A stretch of DNA of 64,000 nt from Verrucomicrobiia bacterium (lineage in GTDB: Bacteria > Verrucomicrobiota > Verrucomicrobiia > Palsa-1439), in NCBI GenBank assembly GCA_050015495.1, contig JBEKBH010000001.1:171717-235716 (forward strand), written 5' to 3'. Below the pieces are notes generated by a model that saw only the letters and a program-made list of their open reading frames with translations, was not told the origin of the DNA and searched no databases. Positions 47,101 through 55,298 of the stretch are shown in pieces; within the stretch, counting starts at the first letter, position 1; each line of letters starts with the position of its first letter. Made by a program: the position numbers and the translations under genes.

Positions 47101-50018
47101 CCGGCGATTCAAGCTACAGCAACCAGGCCAGCGCCACCACACTACCGCCGCCTCCACAAGCGCCGTCGGGTTTAACGGCGACAACGGTATCCAGCAGCCA
47201 GATCAACTTGTCCTGGGCCGACAACTCGAACAACGAGAGCGGCTTCAAGATCGAGCGTTCGACCGACGGCATCAACTTTGCCCAGATCGCGCAGGTGTTG
47301 CCCAACACGACAAGCTATCGAAACACCGGGTTGGCGCTTGGTACGACGTACTTCTATCGCGTGCGGGCCTACAATTCCACAGGCAACTCCGATTTCTCCA
47401 ACGTGGCCAGTGCCACGACGCTGACGTTGTGTTCTTCTTCAGTCGTGTTTGCTTGGGGTAACTATTACAATTCAATAACAAACGTGCCGCCCGGTCTGAC
47501 CAATGTGGTGGCCATCGCCGCGGGGCTCCAGCACAGTCTGGCGTTGAGGAGCAACGGCACGGTCGTCGGTTGGGGATTAAACAGCTACGGCCAGACGAAT
47601 TCACCGGCCGGGCTGACCAATGCCGTGGCCGTCGCCGCCGGTGGTTACCACAGTCTGGCACTACGCAGCAACGGCACCGTCGTCGGCTGGGGTTACAACA
47701 CCTATGGCCAGACGAATTCACCGGCCGGGCTGACCAATGCCGTGGCCATCTCCGCCGGCTATTACCATAGTCTGGCGCTCAAGAGCGACGGGACTGTCGT
47801 CGGCTGGGGGTACAACGGCACCGGCGCGGTGAACGTGCCGTCAAGTCTGAGCGGGGTCGTAGCCGTCGCCGCCGGCTTTTACCACAGTCTGGCGTTGAAG
47901 AGCGATGGCACCGTTGTCGGTTGGGGAAGTTATGGGCAGTTGCCTCCGGGACTGACCAATGTGGTGGCCATTGCCGCCGGTAATTCTTTCAGTCTGGCGT
48001 TAAAGAGCGACGGAACTGCCGTCGGCTGGGGTCAGAACTCCTTCGGACAAGCGACCGTGCCGCCGGGTCTGAGTAACGTGGTGGCCATCGCCGCCGGTGA
48101 CTTCCACAGTCTGGCATTGAAGAGCGACGGCACCGTCGTCGGCTGGGGAGAGAACTACTACGGCGAAACGAACGTGCCGCCGGCCGTCGCCGGAGTGGCG
48201 GCCATCGGCGCCGGCGACGAATACAGTCTGGTGCTGATGTGTGGCGCCGGTACGCCATCCGCCCTCGTCGCCACCGCCGTCTCGGCGAATCAAATCAATT
48301 TGAGTTGGACGGACAACCGCCTCGGGAATGGTTTCAAGATCGAGCGTTCGACCGATGGGATCAACTTTGCCCAGATCGCGCAGGTGTTGACCAGTACGAC
48401 AACGTATCGAAATACCGGGCTTGCGCCCGGCAGCACGTATTACTATCGGGTGTGCGCCTACACATCGGGAGGCAACTCCGATTACTCCAACGTCGCCAAC
48501 GCCAGCACGCCGGCTCTGTGTGTGGTCTCGGTGGCGGGCTGGGGAAACAACAGCTACGGCCAGACGACGCCACCGACAAATCTGACCGGGGTGGTGGCCA
48601 TTGCCGGCGGCTATTACCATAGCTTGGCGTTGATCGGCAACGGCACCGTTGTCGGCTGGGGCAACAACAGCAACGGCCAGACGAATTCACCAGCCGGGCT
48701 GACCAATGCCGTCGCCATCGCCGCCGGTGGCAACCACAGTCTGGCGTTACGGAGCGATGGCACCGTCGTCGGGTGGGGCGACAACGGCTCCGGCCAGACA
48801 AATTCGCCGGCCGGACTGACCAATGCCGTGGCTGTCGCCGCCGGCTATTACCACAGTCTGGCGTTACGGAGCGACGGTACCGTCGTCGGGTGGGGCGACA
48901 ACATCACCGGCGCGACGAACGTGCCGCCCGGGTTAATCGGAGTCGTCGCCATCGCGGCGGGGTTCCGACACAGTCTCGCACTCCGGAGCGATGGCACCGT
49001 CATCGGTTGGGGACTCAACAATGCCGGTCAGACGAACGTGCCTTCGAATGTGACCAACGCGGTGGCCATTGCCGCAGGCTATTATTCCAGTCTGGCGTTG
49101 AGGAACAACGGCACCATCGTCAGTTGGGGAAACTCTGGGCCGCCGCCTTCGGGGCCGACCAATGTGGTGGCCATCGCCGCCGGTAATTCATACAGTCTGG
49201 CGTTACGGAGCGACGGCACCGTCGTCGGCTGGGGCAACGACAGCAACGGCCAGACGGATTCACCGGCCGGGCTAACCAATGTGATGGCCATCGCTGCCGG
49301 CGGCCTCCACAGTCTGGCAATGACGTGTGGCCCGAACGCCCCATCGGCCCTCGTCGCCACCGCTGTCTCCGCGAATCAAATCAATCTGAGTTGGACGGAC
49401 AACTTCGGCGACGCGAATCGGTTCGGCATCGAACGAGCCACTTCGTCGACAGGTCCGTGGGCCGAGATTGGCACTGTGGACTCCACGGTCACGACGTATT
49501 CGGATACGGGAGTGGGTTGCGGTCAGCCGTATTACTACGGCATTTGCGCCTACAACGCGGTCGCCGGTTCGCCCTACTCGAACATTGCCACCGCCGACAC
49601 CTCAACCGTTGACACCGATGGTGACGGCATACCGGACTGCTGGATGCTCCAGTACTTTGGTCATCCGACAGGCCAATCCAACGACAACTCGCTGGCGACG
49701 GACGATCCCGATGGCACGGGATTCACCGTCCTGCAGGATTATCTGGTTGGCCTAGACCCGACCAACAACGCGTCATCGTTCCGGATCATCTCAATCGTGC
49801 CGAGTGGCATCGACTTGCTGGTGACCTGGACAATGGGCAGTGGCAAGACCAACGCGCTGCAAGCGACGGGGGGAGACGCGACCGGCAACTACAGCAGCGA
49901 CAATTTCACCGACATCTTCACCGTCACCAACACCGTCGGCACCACGACCAACTACCTCGACACCGGTGCCACCACCAACTTCCCCGCCCGCTATTACCGC
50001 GTCCGACTGGTCCCGTAG
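44142..50018 (+). CDS. Giant (1958 aa) secreted multidomain protein: GH28 pectin-lyase-fold glycosidase + beta-helical region + 4 tandem Fn3 + 8 or more RCC1 repeats + Fn3 + ~10 RCC1 repeats + Fn3 + C-terminal domain
   Basis: The N-terminus has a basic region followed by a hydrophobic signal (LFLWLALARLACA|DP). NFNVVDYGASGDGVSDNTTAIQDAL...GTYLCGPLTL is the GH28/pectate-lyase signature. Repeated PSGLTATTVSTNQINLSWTD...YWYRVRAYN modules are Fn3. Repeated GWG.N.YGQTN.PAGLTNVVAIAAG.YHSLAL.SDGTVVGWG units are RCC1 blades. Confidence 0.8.
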   Translation: MVTARPPVSRVARGRKINRREKRIRCRSACSLFLWLALARLACADPVLPTIPPGNFNVVDYGASGDGVSDNTTAIQDALDDAGGSGGGTVEIPAGTYLCGPLTLANNINLQIDSGATLQELPLAAFINYPPQDQTYGNLIYAKNVTDIEISGSGTIDGQGPGWWTAPSSVFSNRPYMVFFNGGCQRVWIHGVTLQNPPKMHVVFKGVDSDITVDGITINTPPSPNTDGIDLVGTSCLVRNSTINAGDDNIAIGSSSSSAVSTDILITNCTFGIGHGVSIGSNTRGGVSNMTVTSCSFNGTDYGIRMKSDNAPTGGNGNGGVAQNLTYSNITMTNIVYGAIVLYSYYNEYGTPIGIDPSTAAAQPVGPYPFPVWSNIAISNVSAVVTGQFAGIIWGRIEVPFTNVVFQNVNITAPSTFDIYNAQGVQFIDSQITAPAANTFNLYNAQVTVTNSAPNTNLVTLGGLAIPPANNVLAFFNTAAAVTDTNLLGTGSITLGDSALTFTQDSVSFSDNLAIAVASTLGFTSGTNTFSGVLSGSDLLTLALPANSLLTLANDSSGFSGGVTVTNGTLLVSNPTGSGTGSGAVSIHGAATLGGNGFIGGPVTVDGTFAPGRALDNSTGTLTIDNDLALDAGATFNYALGINSDLAVVTGDLTLGGTLNVTDAGGFTSATYTLFTYGGALIDNGVTVSAAPAGYSYVIDTNTPGLVNLIVTSLLPSPPSGLTATTVATNQINLSWTDNANGEDGFLIERAPDNGGNPGTWAQIASVGTNVTTYSDVGLSPLTTYWYRVRAYNVWGDSNYSNQAGATTLPLPPQAPSNLTATTVSTNQINLSWTDTANDENGFLIERAPDNGGVPGAWAQIASVGTNVTTYNDIGLASNTTYWYRVRAYNAGGDSDYSNQASATTLLLMAPSGLTATAISTNQINLSWTDNSSNEDGFEIDRAPDNGGSPGTWAQVATVGTDVTTYSDTGLSPNTTYWYRVRAYNAAGDSSYSNQASATTLPPPPQAPSGLTATTVSSSQINLSWADNSNNESGFKIERSTDGINFAQIAQVLPNTTSYRNTGLALGTTYFYRVRAYNSTGNSDFSNVASATTLTLCSSSVVFAWGNYYNSITNVPPGLTNVVAIAAGLQHSLALRSNGTVVGWGLNSYGQTNSPAGLTNAVAVAAGGYHSLALRSNGTVVGWGYNTYGQTNSPAGLTNAVAISAGYYHSLALKSDGTVVGWGYNGTGAVNVPSSLSGVVAVAAGFYHSLALKSDGTVVGWGSYGQLPPGLTNVVAIAAGNSFSLALKSDGTAVGWGQNSFGQATVPPGLSNVVAIAAGDFHSLALKSDGTVVGWGENYYGETNVPPAVAGVAAIGAGDEYSLVLMCGAGTPSALVATAVSANQINLSWTDNRLGNGFKIERSTDGINFAQIAQVLTSTTTYRNTGLAPGSTYYYRVCAYTSGGNSDYSNVANASTPALCVVSVAGWGNNSYGQTTPPTNLTGVVAIAGGYYHSLALIGNGTVVGWGNNSNGQTNSPAGLTNAVAIAAGGNHSLALRSDGTVVGWGDNGSGQTNSPAGLTNAVAVAAGYYHSLALRSDGTVVGWGDNITGATNVPPGLIGVVAIAAGFRHSLALRSDGTVIGWGLNNAGQTNVPSNVTNAVAIAAGYYSSLALRNNGTIVSWGNSGPPPSGPTNVVAIAAGNSYSLALRSDGTVVGWGNDSNGQTDSPAGLTNVMAIAAGGLHSLAMTCGPNAPSALVATAVSANQINLSWTDNFGDANRFGIERATSSTGPWAEIGTVDSTVTTYSDTGVGCGQPYYYGICAYNAVAGSPYSNIATADTSTVDTDGDGIPDCWMLQYFGHPTGQSNDNSLATDDPDGTGFTVLQDYLVGLDPTNNASSFRIISIVPSGIDLLVTWTMGSGKTNALQATGGDATGNYSSDNFTDIFTVTNTVGTTTNYLDTGATTNFPARYYRVRLVP

Positions 50019-50398
50019 AAACGTATTCGCCTCCGTCAGCGCCTTACGCTAATCACGGGTAGCAACGCGCAACCGGAAATCCAATGAAGTTGGCGTTAAT
50101 GAAATTGGCGTCACCTCCAATCGCTGTAACAATCGGAGAGGGTCTCAACCTTCTCTCCACGGCCAGACCCGTCCGACACGTTGCCCGCACCCTCCCGTCC
50201 TCTTATCTCCGCCGTAGCTCCAGCGAAGGTGCAAGCTTCGGCGACAACGGGTGTTCATCTGCGTCCGTTCGCGCCCCATTATATCGCCTGTAAGCCTGTA
50301 GTTTATTGACTTGTACGCCCATCTGATCGGTGGTATGGTTCCCGGTGGGAAACGGTTTGAGCGTATTTGCTAGGAAATACGCCCGAAAGGGGTGTGGT

Positions 50399-50578
50399 AT
50401 GGGTATGAAGAAAACAATTCAGAGAATCTGCCGAGCACTTCGATCGCGAAAGGGCCAAAGTCTGGTCGAATATTCGCTGGTGCTGGCTCTTATTGCCGTC
50501 GTGGCCGTCACCGTATTAAGGGGTCTCGGCAAGAACATCAATAACACGTTGTCATCGGTCAACGCGAACCTGCCGTGA
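50399..50578 (+). CDS. flp: Flp/Fap family type IVb pilin (orphan)
   Basis: MGMKKTIQRICRALRSRKG|QSLVEYSLVLALIAVVAVTVLRGLGKNINNTLSSVNANLP is the Flp prepilin motif G/xxxxEY followed by a hydrophobic helix. 59 aa. An AAAGGGG Shine-Dalgarno lies 6 nt upstream. The track ORF 50330.. has an upstream extension. Confidence 0.7.
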   Translation: MGMKKTIQRICRALRSRKGQSLVEYSLVLALIAVVAVTVLRGLGKNINNTLSSVNANLP

Positions 50579-50843
50579 GGTGGTCGAGGGTCGGGTCTCG
50601 CCATTCCTGCCTGCGCTGAGTGAAGTCGAAGGGTCGATCTCGCTCTTGCGCCGTGCCATCGCCGATGCTGCGGCCAGTTGCATTTCGGATGCCGTGGCGT
50701 AAATTCCAACGGAGAGTCGAGCAACCCTCTCAGTACGTTGTTTAGGGGGCCACCCCCCCTTGCGTCGTCTGAAGATGCACGAACTGCTGATGACAAGCCT
50801 CGACTCTCCTCTTTTGTTTGATCCCGGTGGCTACGCTGCTTCG

Positions 50844-52667
50844 TCACGGTCCGACACCGCGAACACGATCGAGTGCCCGCCGCGCATTCGCCTGCTTGGG
50901 ATCGAGCCGAATGGCCGTTTCCCAGTGGCGCACGGCCTCCTCCATGCGGCCCAATCCCGCCAGCGCAAACCCCAAATTCGCCTGCGCCTCCGCATTATCG
51001 GGCTGCAACTGTACCGCCTTGCCAAACTCTTTCTCCGCCTCGGTCGGGTTGCCCTGGCGCGCAAGAACGATGCCCATGGCATTATGCGCCACGGAATTTC
51101 GCGGATCGAATCGGAGGGATTCGGTCAGATGCCTCGATGCGTCGGCGAGGTCGCCTTTCTGGGTGAGCACGATACCCAGATCGCATTGTGCGAGGGCGCT
51201 GTGCGGCACCAGTCGCGCCGCTTCGTTTAAGTGAACCAGCGCGCCATCCAGGTCATTGCGCCCGGCGAGCGTCAGGCCGAGATTGAACTGCGCATCGGAA
51301 TTGCCCGGGTCAAGTTGCACGGCCTCGTTGTAGCGCGTAAGTGCTTCGTCCACTCGTCCATGTGCCACCAATACGGTACCGAGATTGCTCAGGGCGCGGG
51401 TGTTGTGCGGACGTTGCGCGACCACATCGGACCAAATTGTCACGTCGCTGCGATACACTTCGTTACGCCGTATCGTCAGCCAACCGAGTGTCAACAAGAC
51501 GGCAATAAAAGTCACCGCCCCCAACCGTCGCGCCGCGCGCGGCTCGGACCGATTCCCCCGCAATCTCTCCATGATTCGCCATCCCCCGCCAACGGCCAGA
51601 GTCACCACCGCCGCCAATGGCAGGTACATGCGCCGTTCCGCCGCCACTTCGCCCAGGCTCGGCATGACACTCGATGTCGGTGCCAGGATCAGGAAAAACC
51701 ACGCACCCAAAAATCCCACCCATGGCCGCCGCCGAAACGCCCACACGGTTGCTCCCAGCAAACCGAGCACGACGATGCCGGGCACCAGGCTGTCTTTCCA
51801 TGACCGCGCAACCGGCCAGTCGAAATAGTCGATGAGCAACGGATGCGGCCAGAAGCAGAGACGCAGGTAGTGCACCAGTACGCCGGCCTCGGTCTTCAGG
51901 TAGTCCCATGGCGTAATCTCCCGCATCCCCAACCCGGTCATTTCACGCGTGGTCAACACCACCAGCCCCGCCAGGATCAACCATGTCCCCGCCAGACCCG
52001 CGTACAAGACCGCGCGCCTACACAATAATTCCCGAAACGACCGCGCCAGAAACACGCGGTCGTACAGCAGGACAATTAACGGCCCGACAACCATCACTTC
52101 TTTGCTTCCCATCCCCAACGCGCACGACACGATCGCCGCCCACTGCCAACCGCGCGGGCGGACAGACTGGTCGCTGCGAATCACGCAATACAATGTCAAC
52201 AACAGGAACAAGCCCATCAGCAATTCGGTGCGCTGTACGACATACGTGACGCTCTCCGTTTGCAGGGGATGAACCTCCCACACGAGCGCGATCGCCGCCG
52301 CCAACCACGTGGCCTTGGCCCCGAATCGATCCCGAAGCGGCCCAGTCTCACACGTCCTCCGAATGATCCCAAACAACACCAGGGCAGAAATCAAATGGAT
52401 CGCCAGATTGAATGCGTGGTATCCCCAGACGTTCAATCCGCCCAGCGCGTAGTTCAGCGCCAACGACAGGCAAACCACCGGCCGCCCCGTCACCGTCGTC
52501 CCGGGTGGCGCGGTCATCGCCACGTCAACGGGCCACAGGCGGTGAAGATGCCGGTTCTCCACAATCGAGGGGATATCGTCGAAAATGAATGGCCCACGCA
52601 GACTGTTGTGGAACGCCCAGAGACCGGCCATCACAATTAGCAAAGCTGCCAGCTTTCGCTGGTCCAT
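50844..52667 (-). CDS. Second TMTC-like membrane protein (GT-C-type N-domain + TPR repeats), paralogue of 40362-42272
   Basis: Starts MDQRKLAALLIVMAGLWAF. Has the FIFDDIPSIV acidic loop motif, ~10 TM, then TPR units (ALSNLGTVLV..., AQFNLGLTLA..., AQCDLGIVLT..., AHNAMGIVLA..., AQANLGFALA...). The track ORF extends to 52952. Confidence 0.75.
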   Translation of the reverse strand: MDQRKLAALLIVMAGLWAFHNSLRGPFIFDDIPSIVENRHLHRLWPVDVAMTAPPGTTVTGRPVVCLSLALNYALGGLNVWGYHAFNLAIHLISALVLFGIIRRTCETGPLRDRFGAKATWLAAAIALVWEVHPLQTESVTYVVQRTELLMGLFLLLTLYCVIRSDQSVRPRGWQWAAIVSCALGMGSKEVMVVGPLIVLLYDRVFLARSFRELLCRRAVLYAGLAGTWLILAGLVVLTTREMTGLGMREITPWDYLKTEAGVLVHYLRLCFWPHPLLIDYFDWPVARSWKDSLVPGIVVLGLLGATVWAFRRRPWVGFLGAWFFLILAPTSSVMPSLGEVAAERRMYLPLAAVVTLAVGGGWRIMERLRGNRSEPRAARRLGAVTFIAVLLTLGWLTIRRNEVYRSDVTIWSDVVAQRPHNTRALSNLGTVLVAHGRVDEALTRYNEAVQLDPGNSDAQFNLGLTLAGRNDLDGALVHLNEAARLVPHSALAQCDLGIVLTQKGDLADASRHLTESLRFDPRNSVAHNAMGIVLARQGNPTEAEKEFGKAVQLQPDNAEAQANLGFALAGLGRMEEAVRHWETAIRLDPKQANARRALDRVRGVGP

Positions 52668-52693
52668 GCCAAACGGGAATCGTGCCTCGCCGG

Positions 52694-53248
52694 TCAATTC
52701 AGACCCGTGAACTTCGGCAACAGCGCTGTCAGCTTCCGCCACCGCTGGTCCTCCCCAACAAACGCCTCCCAAATCGCCGGCGGTACCGGCTGATCCAACA
52801 GCGCCGTATGCGGACGGCACACCACCCACGAATGCTCGCCCAGTTCCCGCTCCAGTTGTCCTTCGCCCCACCCGGCATATCCCGCGAATGCGCGCACCCA
52901 GCCCCGCCGGCGGGGTTCCAACAGTTCGAATGGATCGGCGACGATTTGACAACGCAATTCCTCATCCGTCTTCCCCCGCTGGAACCGTGCCAGGAGCAAT
53001 GCGGTCGGCCTCACCGGTCCTCCCTGAAACACCGGCGTCCCGCGCAAAGCATCGGGCAACTCGGGCGACTCCGCGACTTCGCCCAGCGTCTTGTTGACGG
53101 GCCGGTTCATCACCAACCCCACCGCGCCCGCCGGGCCGTGTTCGGCAATGTACACCAGCGTCCGATGAAAATTCGGGTCGAGCAGCCCGGTCGAGGCCGC
53201 CAACACCAGCCCGGCCAGTGATTCGCCATGTTGAAACGCGAATGGCAT
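52694..53248 (-). CDS. YqgE/AlgH family protein (UPF0301)
   Basis: MPFAFQHGESLAGLVLAASTGLLDPNFHRTLVYIAEHGPAGAVGLVMNRP is the conserved UPF0301 N-terminus (LLIA.P.L.DP.F.R.V.YL.EH...GA.G...NRP). Confidence 0.75.
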   Translation of the reverse strand: MPFAFQHGESLAGLVLAASTGLLDPNFHRTLVYIAEHGPAGAVGLVMNRPVNKTLGEVAESPELPDALRGTPVFQGGPVRPTALLLARFQRGKTDEELRCQIVADPFELLEPRRRGWVRAFAGYAGWGEGQLERELGEHSWVVCRPHTALLDQPVPPAIWEAFVGEDQRWRKLTALLPKFTGLN

Positions 53249-53258
53249 CGCTAATATC

Positions 53259-55298
53259 TTACCACAATCCCACGTCGCGTGCGTACACCACCAGCCCGCC
53301 ACGAAACGGCGGAAAACCGGTCCCGAAAATCATCCCCGCGTCGATATCATCCTCCGACGCCACGACGCCTTCGCTGAGGCACAGCTTGGCTTCCTCGATC
53401 ATCACGCCCAGCAACCGCCTCTGGATGTCCCGCGCCGACCGCGGTTCTTTGCCGGCATTCCTCGACTCGGTGTCTCGCCGGATCGCTTTGGCCAGTCGCC
53501 GATTCACTTTCTCTGTCTTCCTCTTCTTGTAAACGTAGAATCCCACCCCGCCCTTCCGGCCCTTCAGCCCTTGGTCATGCACCTGCCGGAGAATCCGCGC
53601 CACCGCCATTCGCTCCTTAAAAGCCTCGCCCAATTCGGCCGCCACGTCGTACGCGACGTCGATTCCCACTTCATCGATCAGCCGCAGGGGCCCCATCGGC
53701 ATCCCGAAATCCAGCATCGCTTCGTCAATCGACTCGATGGTCTCGCCTTCCCCGAGCAACACGCCCGCCTCGTTCAAATACGGCATCAGCAGCCGATTCA
53801 CCAAAAACCCGGGCGTGCCTTTCACGACCACCGGAATCTTCTTCAGTCGTTTCGCGAATTCCACCGCCGCCGCAACAACCTCGGGCGCCGTCTTCGATCC
53901 GCGGACGATTTCCACCAGTGGCATCTTGTGCACCGGATTGAAGAAATGAATTCCCACAAACCGCTTTGGGCGACCGCTCGCCTCGGCCAGGTCGTCAATC
54001 GGGATCGCCGACGTGTTCGACGCGATGATGCAATCGTTCCGCAACGCCTCCGCCAGTTCGCTGTACGCCTGGCGCTTCACCTCGATCTTCTCCAACACCG
54101 CCTCGATCACGAGATCGCAGTCGCCAAACCCCGTGTATTCGGTCGTCGGATGCACCCGCGCCAGCCCGTGCTGCGCGTCCAGTTCGGACATCTTCCGCCG
54201 GTTGACGCCCTCGCGGTAGGCGTCGGCGATCCGTTTGATGCCGGCCGCGACAAACTCCGGCTTGATGTCTTTCAATCGCACGGTCAGCCCGCGCGCGCTG
54301 CACCATTGCGCGATCCCCGCGCCCATCACACCCGCGCCGAGTACACCCACCTTCTCCACGGGCGACGTCATGACTTTCGCCGAGATCGGCCCGGTCCGTT
54401 CCACCTTCTCGGGCTTGAACACCAGTTTCGCGTACGTCTCGCGCAGGAAAAACAGCCGGATCAGGTTGCGACACTGCGGCGTGACGCTCACTTCGCCAAA
54501 AATCCTCGCCTCGCCCTCCAGCCCCTCGGTCAACGAGCCGCTCAGTCCTTCCTCTATCGCGTCAATCGCACGCAACGGGGCCGGGTACCGGCCTTCGGTA
54601 CGCAGCAGCACGCGCTTGCGCGCCACGCGGCAGATCAACCGTCGCATCGGCCACCAGTTCTGTATCCACACGGACTTCCGCTTCACGCGCTGCTCGCCCA
54701 ATGCCAGCCGCGTCGCTGTCTCGCGCAATACTACGCTTGGCACCGCGGAATCCACCAGACCAATGCGCCGCGCCTTGTCCGGAGTAATACTCTTGCCAGC
54801 GCAAACGATGTCCAGCGCCGCTCCCAATCCGATCAGGCGCGGCAGACGTTGCGATCCGCCCCAGCCGGGGATGATGCCCAGTTGTGTTTCCGGCAACCCG
54901 ATCTGGGTCTTGGGACCGTCCGCCGCCACGCGATAACGGCACGCCAGCGCGAGTTCACATCCGCCCCCCAGGCACGCGCCGTCGATGGCCGCCACGGTCG
55001 GCACGCCGATCCGCTCAATCTTGGCGAAGATTCTGTGACCCGCCCGGGAAAGGTCTGCGCCAAGACTGGCATCGCGGATTGTTTGCAATTCTTTGATGTC
55101 CGCCCCCGCGATGAAGATGCCCGGCTTGGCGCTGATAAACACCACCGCTTTCGGTTTGCGTTTGTACAGTTCGTCCAGGATCGCATCGAGTTGCCGCATC
55201 TGTTCGGTGCCGAGAACGTTGACCTTCGATTCCGGGTCGTCGAACACCACCCAGGCAATGCCCTCGGCGTCATATTCCACTCGCGGTGATTGCATCAT
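53259..55298 (-). CDS. Fatty-acid oxidation complex alpha subunit (enoyl-CoA hydratase + 3-hydroxyacyl-CoA dehydrogenase; FadJ/FadB-like)
   Basis: N-terminal crotonase fold (AVVFISAKPGIFIAGADIKEL...AAIDGACLGGGCELALAC) and a C-terminal NAD-binding 3HCDH domain (VGVLGAGVMGAGIAQ). Confidence 0.85.
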   Translation of the reverse strand: MMQSPRVEYDAEGIAWVVFDDPESKVNVLGTEQMRQLDAILDELYKRKPKAVVFISAKPGIFIAGADIKELQTIRDASLGADLSRAGHRIFAKIERIGVPTVAAIDGACLGGGCELALACRYRVAADGPKTQIGLPETQLGIIPGWGGSQRLPRLIGLGAALDIVCAGKSITPDKARRIGLVDSAVPSVVLRETATRLALGEQRVKRKSVWIQNWWPMRRLICRVARKRVLLRTEGRYPAPLRAIDAIEEGLSGSLTEGLEGEARIFGEVSVTPQCRNLIRLFFLRETYAKLVFKPEKVERTGPISAKVMTSPVEKVGVLGAGVMGAGIAQWCSARGLTVRLKDIKPEFVAAGIKRIADAYREGVNRRKMSELDAQHGLARVHPTTEYTGFGDCDLVIEAVLEKIEVKRQAYSELAEALRNDCIIASNTSAIPIDDLAEASGRPKRFVGIHFFNPVHKMPLVEIVRGSKTAPEVVAAAVEFAKRLKKIPVVVKGTPGFLVNRLLMPYLNEAGVLLGEGETIESIDEAMLDFGMPMGPLRLIDEVGIDVAYDVAAELGEAFKERMAVARILRQVHDQGLKGRKGGVGFYVYKKRKTEKVNRRLAKAIRRDTESRNAGKEPRSARDIQRRLLGVMIEEAKLCLSEGVVASEDDIDAGMIFGTGFPPFRGGLVVYARDVGLW

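Noticed and set aside
46300-49400. Regularly spaced direct repeats that could superficially resemble a CRISPR array
   Set aside because: The repeats are ~250-300 bp protein-coding modules (Fn3 and RCC1 blades) in one long ORF, not 25-40-bp repeats with unique spacers.
53571-55289. 572-aa + strand ORF
   Set aside because: Antisense to the fadJ-like gene.
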